Source: Candidatus Saccharimonadota bacterium
GTDB lineage: Bacteria; Bacteroidota; Bacteroidia; Flavobacteriales; Blattabacteriaceae
DNA: 32,000 nucleotides
Assembly: GCF_014252415.1 (NCBI RefSeq)
Contig: NZ_CP059223.1
Span: 180,001 to 212,000 of the forward strand
Direction: 5' to 3'
This document shows, piece by piece, positions 26,923 through 32,000 of the stretch. A program made the position numbers and the translations under genes. Every line of letters starts with the position of its first letter. Within the stretch, counting starts at the first letter, position 1. The notes below the pieces were generated by a model. That model did not search any database and was not told the origin of the DNA. It worked only from the letters and a program-made list of their open reading frames with translations.

Positions 26923-27536
26923 ATATATTTTATTTTTTCTATAAAAATTTTTATTTTTTTTTTATTTTTTTTACCTGGATATATTTCAAATTTACTATTT
27001 ATATCTATACCATATATTTTTGGATGAAAAAAATTTTTAATATTATTAATGTCTTTTACGCTAATACCTCCACTTAAAAAAAATTTTTTATCTAAATCAT
27101 ATTCATAAAGCTTTTTCCAATCGAATTTTCTTCCACTTCCTCCATTATTATCAAAAATAAAATAAGAACAAAATGGAATATAATTTGATAAAATTTTCAT
27201 AGGAAAATAGTTATTTATTTTAAAACTTTTTATAATTTTTATTCCTTTTTTAAATAAAAATTCACAAAAAGAAACTTTTTCTTTACCATGTAATTGAATA
27301 AAATTCAATTTTTTTTCATTGTATATTTTTATAATATTTTCTTTTTTTTCATCTACAAAAACTCCTACTTTTGATACAGAATTATTATTTATATTTTCTA
27401 TAGAAAAATTAAAACCAACAAATCTAGGTGATTTAGGATAAAATATAAAACCCATAAAATCTGGATTTAATTTTGATATTTCTTTGATATCATATCGAAT
27501 TCCACATATTTTTATTTTCAATAAGTTATTTTTCAT
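26919..27536 (-). CDS. trpF: Phosphoribosylanthranilate isomerase
   Basis: 205 aa, KIKICGIRY...PDFMGFIFYPKSPRFV...VGVFVDE...IQLHG...GGSGRKFDW...FLSGGI. ATGA overlap with the trpB start. Confidence 0.9.
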   Translation of the reverse strand: MKNNLLKIKICGIRYDIKEISKLNPDFMGFIFYPKSPRFVGFNFSIENINNNSVSKVGVFVDEKKENIIKIYNEKKLNFIQLHGKEKVSFCEFLFKKGIKIIKSFKINNYFPMKILSNYIPFCSYFIFDNNGGSGRKFDWKKLYEYDLDKKFFLSGGISVKDINNIKNFFHPKIYGIDINSKFEIYPGKKNKKKIKIFIEKIKYI

Positions 27537-27539
27537 AAT

Positions 27540-28325
27540 TTATTTTTCGATAAATTCTTTCATGAAAGTAATACATTTTTTTCCAGGATTTTTTTCTTTC
27601 ATAAAATATTCTCCTATCAAAAATCCATTATAACCTATTTTTTTTAATTTAATTATATCTTCTATACTATCTATACCACTTTCTGCTAATTTTAGATAAT
27701 CATTGGGAATTTTAGGATATAAAAAAAAGCAATTTTTTTTATTAATTTTGAAAGATTGTAAATCTCTATTATTAACTCCAACAAAATCTATATTATCCGT
27801 TATTTTTTCTAAGTCACTTTCTTTATGTAATTCTATTATTACTTCTAATCCAATAGATTTAGCAATTTTAGTAAAAATTTTTATTTCTTTTTTTGATAAA
27901 ATACTAGCAATTAATAATATAACGTCTGCTCCTATTGATTTAGATTCAATAATTTGATATTCATCGATAATAAAATCTTTTCTTAATAACGGAATAGAAA
28001 CTAAATAACGTGATTGTATAACATCATTAATAGATCCATAAAAATTAAAATCAGTTAAAATAGATATACCGCTAACTTTAGCCAATTCATACTCTACAAC
28101 AACATTTTTAATATCAACAGACTGATTTATAATTCCTTTTGAAGGAGATTTTAATTTAAACTCAGCGATAATACCCCCATGTAAATTTTTTTTTATATTT
28201 TTTTTTAATGATATAGTTTTTCTATTAAAAAAAATATTATTTTCCAATTTTTTTATAGAATTTATAATTTTATTTTTTTTAATTTCTAATTTCTTTTTTG
28301 CTATAATTTTTTCAAGTATATTCAT
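27540..28325 (-). CDS. trpC: Indole-3-glycerol-phosphate synthase
   Basis: 261 aa, IIAEFKLKSPSKG...ISILTDFNFYGS...PLLRKDFIIDEYQI...GADVILLIA...EVIIELH...VGVNNRDLQSF...ESGI. Confidence 0.94.
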   Translation of the reverse strand: MNILEKIIAKKKLEIKKNKIINSIKKLENNIFFNRKTISLKKNIKKNLHGGIIAEFKLKSPSKGIINQSVDIKNVVVEYELAKVSGISILTDFNFYGSINDVIQSRYLVSIPLLRKDFIIDEYQIIESKSIGADVILLIASILSKKEIKIFTKIAKSIGLEVIIELHKESDLEKITDNIDFVGVNNRDLQSFKINKKNCFFLYPKIPNDYLKLAESGIDSIEDIIKLKKIGYNGFLIGEYFMKEKNPGKKCITFMKEFIEK

Positions 28326-28332
28326 AAATAAT

Positions 28333-29331
28333 TTATAAATTCAATAATTTTTTGAGAACATTCTTAGCATTTCCACTTTTTAAAGAATACTTAGCTTTAT
28401 CATAATTGGTTTCAAAATCATTTTTATTCAACAAGTTTAATGCAAATGTAGAATTAACTAAAACTACCTCATTTTGAGTAGGAGTGCCATTACCAGATAA
28501 TACATTCATGAAAATTTTTATATTATCTATTAAATTATTTCCTCCTTTTAATTCTTCTATATTTATTTTTATTTTTTTTTTATTTAGTTCTTCTTTACAA
28601 TAATATTTTTCTCCATTATTTGTATAACATTTTATATCACTAGTTAATGATATTTCATCATAACCATCTAAACTATGAATAATAGCATAGTTATTTTTCG
28701 TATTTTGATATATATAATGATAAATTCTAGCTAATTCTAAACTATTAACACCTAATAATAAATTTTTTGGATTACCTGGATTTAATAATGGACCAAGAGT
28801 ATTAAATATTGTTTTAATTCCTAATTGTTTTCTATATATAGAAATTTTTTTTAAAAAAGGATAAAATATTGGTGCATGTAAATAACAAATTCCTACATAT
28901 TTTAACTGATTTTTTATATTTTTTTCTTTAACAGTAAAACGATAACCCAATTTTTCCATAATATTAGATGATCCAGTTATAGAAGATGAATTAAAATTAC
29001 CATGTTTAATAACTTTTTCACCTGTTCCTGCTATAATAAAACAAGCTATTGTAGAAATATTAAATGTATTTTTTTCATCACCTCCTGTTCCTACAATATT
29101 AATTGCAACATCATTAAAATCTGTAAGATCTATTTTAATTGACAATTCATTCATTGCTTCATAAAATCCTATAATTTCTTCTACATTAGGATTTCTTATA
29201 TTATAAATAGACGTAATTGCCATAATTTGAGTAGTATTCATATTACCATTCAACATTTCCAACATTAATTTTTTTGCTTCATTTTTTGTTAAATCTTTTT
29301 CTAAGAAAAGATCTTTTAAAATTTTATTCAT
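28333..29331 (-). CDS. trpD: Anthranilate phosphoribosyltransferase
   Basis: 332 aa, INIVGTGGDEKNTFNISTIACFIIAGTGEKVIKHGN...SSSITGSSNIMEKLG...YLHAPIFYP...RKQLGIKTIFNTLGPLLNPG. Confidence 0.94.
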   Translation of the reverse strand: MNKILKDLFLEKDLTKNEAKKLMLEMLNGNMNTTQIMAITSIYNIRNPNVEEIIGFYEAMNELSIKIDLTDFNDVAINIVGTGGDEKNTFNISTIACFIIAGTGEKVIKHGNFNSSSITGSSNIMEKLGYRFTVKEKNIKNQLKYVGICYLHAPIFYPFLKKISIYRKQLGIKTIFNTLGPLLNPGNPKNLLLGVNSLELARIYHYIYQNTKNNYAIIHSLDGYDEISLTSDIKCYTNNGEKYYCKEELNKKKIKINIEELKGGNNLIDNIKIFMNVLSGNGTPTQNEVVLVNSTFALNLLNKNDFETNYDKAKYSLKSGNAKNVLKKLLNL

Positions 29332-29342
29332 TCAAACATTTT

Positions 29343-29918
29343 CTATTTTACATTTAACCAGTTATATATTATTTTTTTTCCATGTGGAGTAAGAATAGAT
29401 TCAGGATGAAATTGTACTCCACATATATTATAAAAATTATGACGAATTGCCATAATTTCTCCTTTACTACCAATAGCTGTTATTTTTAAATCTTTTGGAA
29501 AATTATATGGAGATATCATCCAAGAATGATATCTTCCTACTTTTATTTTATTTGGTAATTGATTAAAAATAATTTCTTTTTTATCTATAATTTTTATAAA
29601 ACTAGATACACCATGATATACTTTTTTTGTGTTTATAAGAGTTGCGCCAAAAACTTCTCCTATAGCTTGTAACCCTAAACATACCCCGAAAATACTTTTA
29701 GTAGAAGAATATGTTTTAATTAAAGGTTTTAAAATATTTACTTGTTTGGGTAAACCAGGGCCAGGTGACAATATAATTTTATCATATTTTTCTATATCTG
29801 AAAGCGTAATTTCATTATTTCTAAATACTTGTACTAAATTTTTTGTAGATTTTTTTATAGTATAAACAAGATTATAAGTAAAAGAATCATAGTTATCTAA
29901 AACTAATATTTTATTCAT
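29343..29918 (-). CDS. trpG: Anthranilate synthase component II (glutamine amidotransferase)
   Basis: 191 aa, ILVLDNYDSFTYNLV...ILSPGPGLP...IFGVCLGLQAIGEVFG...YHSW...GVQFHPESILT. 4-nt overlap with the trpE end. Confidence 0.94.
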   Translation of the reverse strand: MNKILVLDNYDSFTYNLVYTIKKSTKNLVQVFRNNEITLSDIEKYDKIILSPGPGLPKQVNILKPLIKTYSSTKSIFGVCLGLQAIGEVFGATLINTKKVYHGVSSFIKIIDKKEIIFNQLPNKIKVGRYHSWMISPYNFPKDLKITAIGSKGEIMAIRHNFYNICGVQFHPESILTPHGKKIIYNWLNVK

Positions 29919-31336
29919 ATATTTTTAGCTAATTCTATAGATTTAAACAATGCAATAAGTTTGTTATTTACTTCTTCTAATTCCTTATTTTCTTTTGAAT
30001 CAGATACTATTCCAGCCCCTGCTTGAAAAAAAATAGTATTTTCTTTGCTTATAAAAGATCTAATTATTATAGCTGTATTAATAATACGATTTTTTATTCC
30101 AAAAAATCCTATAGCTCCACCATATGTACCCCTATTTTGATTCTCAATTTTGTCAATCAATTCCATAGCCTTATATTTTGGAGCTCCTGATAAAGTTCCA
30201 GAAGGAAATGTATCTCCAAAGATTTTAATAATAGATAAATTTTTTTTTACAGATCCAGATACTCTAGAGACCATATGTAATACATGGGAAAATTTCTCAA
30301 TTTTTTTTAATATTTCTACTTTTACATCAGATGAATTTTTACTTAAATCATTTCTAGCTAAATCAACAAGCATAATATGCTCGGAATTTTCCTTAGGATC
30401 TTTTATTAAACTATTGTTATTATTTTTTATTGATCTTTTGATTGTACCAGCTATAGGATTTATGTAAGCAATATTATTATAAATGATTAATTGTGATTCT
30501 GGAGAAGAACCAAAAATTTTGTAATATCCATAATCAAAATAAAAAAGATATGGAGAAGGATTAATAAATCTTAAAGCACGATAAATATTAAATTCATCTC
30601 CTTTAAAATTTTGTATATACTGACGAGATAATACGATTTGATAAACGTCTCCACGTAAACAATGTTTTATTCCATTGGATACCATATTTTTATATTCATT
30701 ATCTGTAACATTGGATTTACAATTTCCAATTGTATTAAATGAAAAAGATGAAAAAATTTTTTTTTTTATTATTTTTATTATTTGATTAATATTAGTATTT
30801 TTATTATTGTATTGGTATTCAATTATATTTAATTTATTTTCAAAATAGTTAAATATAATTAAGTTTCTATAAAAACCTATACGTATTTTAGGTACATTAT
30901 AATATTCTTTAACAGGAACATAAAATTTGATTTTTTCAAAATGTTGAATACTATCGTAAGATATATATCCATATAAACCGGTATATTCATATGAATATTT
31001 ATCACATGATGATTCATCAAATTGAAATACTTGAAAAAAATCATCAATTATATTTTGAATATTAAATTCATCATTAATAAATATATGTTTATGTATATTA
31101 TTATTAGGATATAATATTTTTAATATATTTTTTTCTAATATTAACTCTGAAATAGAATTTATACAAATAATAGATATTTTATTTTTATAGTTATTTAAAT
31201 AACATGGATTTGAAAATTCTAGTAATAAAGTATTAGGAAAGATATCTCTTAATTTTAAATATAATTCCACTGGAGTAGTAGTATCATTCATCATTTCTTT
31301 TCGAATTATTTTAAAATTAAATTTCAACATGTTCAT
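29915..31336 (-). CDS. trpE: Anthranilate synthase component I
   Basis: 473 aa, TPVELYLKLR...NPSPYLFYFDY...FGSSPE...NPIAGT...DPKENSEHIMLVDLARNDL...FPSGTLSGAPKYKAMELIDKIE...RGTYGGAIGF...QAGAGIVSDS. The start could also be the ATG two codons downstream. Confidence 0.95.
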   Translation of the reverse strand: MNMLKFNFKIIRKEMMNDTTTPVELYLKLRDIFPNTLLLEFSNPCYLNNYKNKISIICINSISELILEKNILKILYPNNNIHKHIFINDEFNIQNIIDDFFQVFQFDESSCDKYSYEYTGLYGYISYDSIQHFEKIKFYVPVKEYYNVPKIRIGFYRNLIIFNYFENKLNIIEYQYNNKNTNINQIIKIIKKKIFSSFSFNTIGNCKSNVTDNEYKNMVSNGIKHCLRGDVYQIVLSRQYIQNFKGDEFNIYRALRFINPSPYLFYFDYGYYKIFGSSPESQLIIYNNIAYINPIAGTIKRSIKNNNNSLIKDPKENSEHIMLVDLARNDLSKNSSDVKVEILKKIEKFSHVLHMVSRVSGSVKKNLSIIKIFGDTFPSGTLSGAPKYKAMELIDKIENQNRGTYGGAIGFFGIKNRIINTAIIIRSFISKENTIFFQAGAGIVSDSKENKELEEVNNKLIALFKSIELAKNI

Positions 31337-31476
31337 GATTTTTTAATTTTTCATAAAAAAATGGTCTTCGTTAATTTAACAATTCCTAAATTTTTTTAAT
31401 CTTGTTATCTAGATACCGTTATATTTTAACGTTATTTATTATAAATTTATGGATTTATTCCTGATTTATTAATCGA

Positions 31477-31484
31477 CAAATATA
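31477..31484 (-). promoter_or_regulatory. Candidate -7 promoter box TATATTTG for the trp operon
   Basis: The plus strand reads CAAATATA, which is TATATTTG on the minus strand. It lies about 140 nt upstream of the trpE ATG. The octamer is identical to those upstream of hisG and rsmA. Confidence 0.25.
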
Positions 31485-31646
31485 CAAAATTTTTATATCT
31501 ATCATTAAATCATAAAAAATTTGAACGAAAACAAATAATGATAAAAATTATTGTGTATAAAATTGTATTAATGTTTAATAATATAAAATTTAAAAAATTA
31601 TTTTCTTTAACAAAAAATTTTTAAATTACAATAAATTTTTTGAATT

Positions 31647-32000
31647 ATGTATCCTGATATTTTAAAATATAGTAAAAATCATGAATGGGTAGGAATAATA
31701 AAACCTACGAAAGAAAATGGGATAAAAAAAGATGATAATCATGCTTATGTGGGGATTAGTTTTTTTGCTCAAAAAGAATTAGGAGACATAATATATCTGG
31801 ATATAGAAAATTCTATAGTAGATAGAATAATAAAAAAAGGAGAAATATTTGGGACCATAGAAGCAGTAAAAACTATTTCAGATTTATTTATGCCTGTTTT
31901 AGGTAAAGTTTTAGAAATAAATGAAAAATCTGTATCCCATCCGGAATTTATAAATGAAGATTCTTGTAAAATATGGATAATAAAGATAAAAATATTATGT
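31647..32000 (+). CDS. gcvH: Glycine cleavage system protein H (3' end beyond window)
   Basis: My translation from ATG 31647 gives [18 protein letters not shown]...[21 protein letters not shown]...[29 protein letters not shown]...PEFINEDS. It shows the HEWV motif and the lipoyl-lysine motif EAVKT. Not in the ORF track because it is truncated. Confidence 0.88.
   Translation, partial: MYPDILKYSKNHEWVGIIKPTKENGIKKDDNHAYVGISFFAQKELGDIIYLDIENSIVDRIIKKGEIFGTIEAVKTISDLFMPVLGKVLEINEKSVSHPEFINEDSCKIWIIKIKILC

Noticed and set aside
26871-27077. 68-aa plus-strand ORF across the trpB/trpF junction
   Set aside because: Antisense to two well-supported trp genes, with an F/Y/I-rich composition artefact.
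27703-27957. 84-aa plus-strand ORF inside trpC
   Set aside because: Antisense shadow ORF.
29629-29865. 78-aa plus-strand ORF inside trpG
   Set aside because: Antisense shadow ORF.
30150-30467. 105-aa plus-strand ORF inside trpE
   Set aside because: Antisense shadow ORF.
31337-31646. Trp-codon leader peptide, T-box or TRAP-type control of the trp operon
   Set aside because: There is no TGG codon on the trp strand anywhere in the spacer (no CCA on the plus strand). I could see no T-box specifier or antiterminator features and no (G/U)AG repeat array.
1-32000. Alternative genetic code (UGA as Trp), as in some tiny symbiont genomes
   Set aside because: TGA terminates folD (13549-13551) and trpF (26919-26921) at the expected protein lengths. 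Trp positions in conserved motifs are encoded by TGG, so the standard bacterial code fits.
1-32000. CRISPR arrays, IS elements or transposases, integrases, prophage genes, toxin-antitoxin or other defence systems
   Set aside because: No direct-repeat/spacer periodicity, no terminal inverted repeats and no ORFs with recombinase, nuclease or defence-like motifs. Every substantial ORF is accounted for by a housekeeping or biosynthetic family or is an antisense shadow ORF.

Overview
By eye this window is extremely AT-rich and very tightly packed: short spacers, several overlapping genes, no repeats and no mobile DNA. It reads as core genome of a reduced insect nutritional endosymbiont of the Flavobacteriales. 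From memory of the protein families and gene content, not from a search, it most resembles a Blattabacterium-like lineage. I can support 34 protein-coding genes (two cut by the window edges, one frameshifted) and one tRNA. Content is dominated by two complete amino-acid operons on the minus strand: hisG-D-C-B-H-A-F-IE (14139-21312) and trpE-G-D-C-F-B-A (24984-31336). Around them sit one-carbon/folate genes (folA, metF, folD, gcvH), two aminoacyl-tRNA synthetases (valS, serS), 2-oxoacid dehydrogenase E1 components, ilvE, ndk, rsmA, queE, xth, aroK, tilS, yggS, a LemA/TPM pair and tRNA-Lys(UUU). The standard genetic code applies, since TGA is used as a stop. I see no CRISPR array, transposase, integrase, phage gene, toxin-antitoxin or defence gene, and cannot honestly claim a new multi-gene system here. 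The items most worth a second look are: (1) tilS split by a frameshift inside an A11 run, where one extra A restores the frame, so it is either decaying or rescued by polymerase slippage; (2) a terminator-like hairpin in the hisG 5' leader between two divergent genes, with no His-rich leader peptide; (3) an orphan acidic, charged and probably coiled-coil lipoprotein followed by a perfect 36-nt palindrome; (4) the roughly 310-bp trpE-gcvH spacer, the only long non-coding stretch; (5) the octamer TATATTTG recurring upstream of hisG, trpE and rsmA, matching the Bacteroidetes -7 promoter motif.
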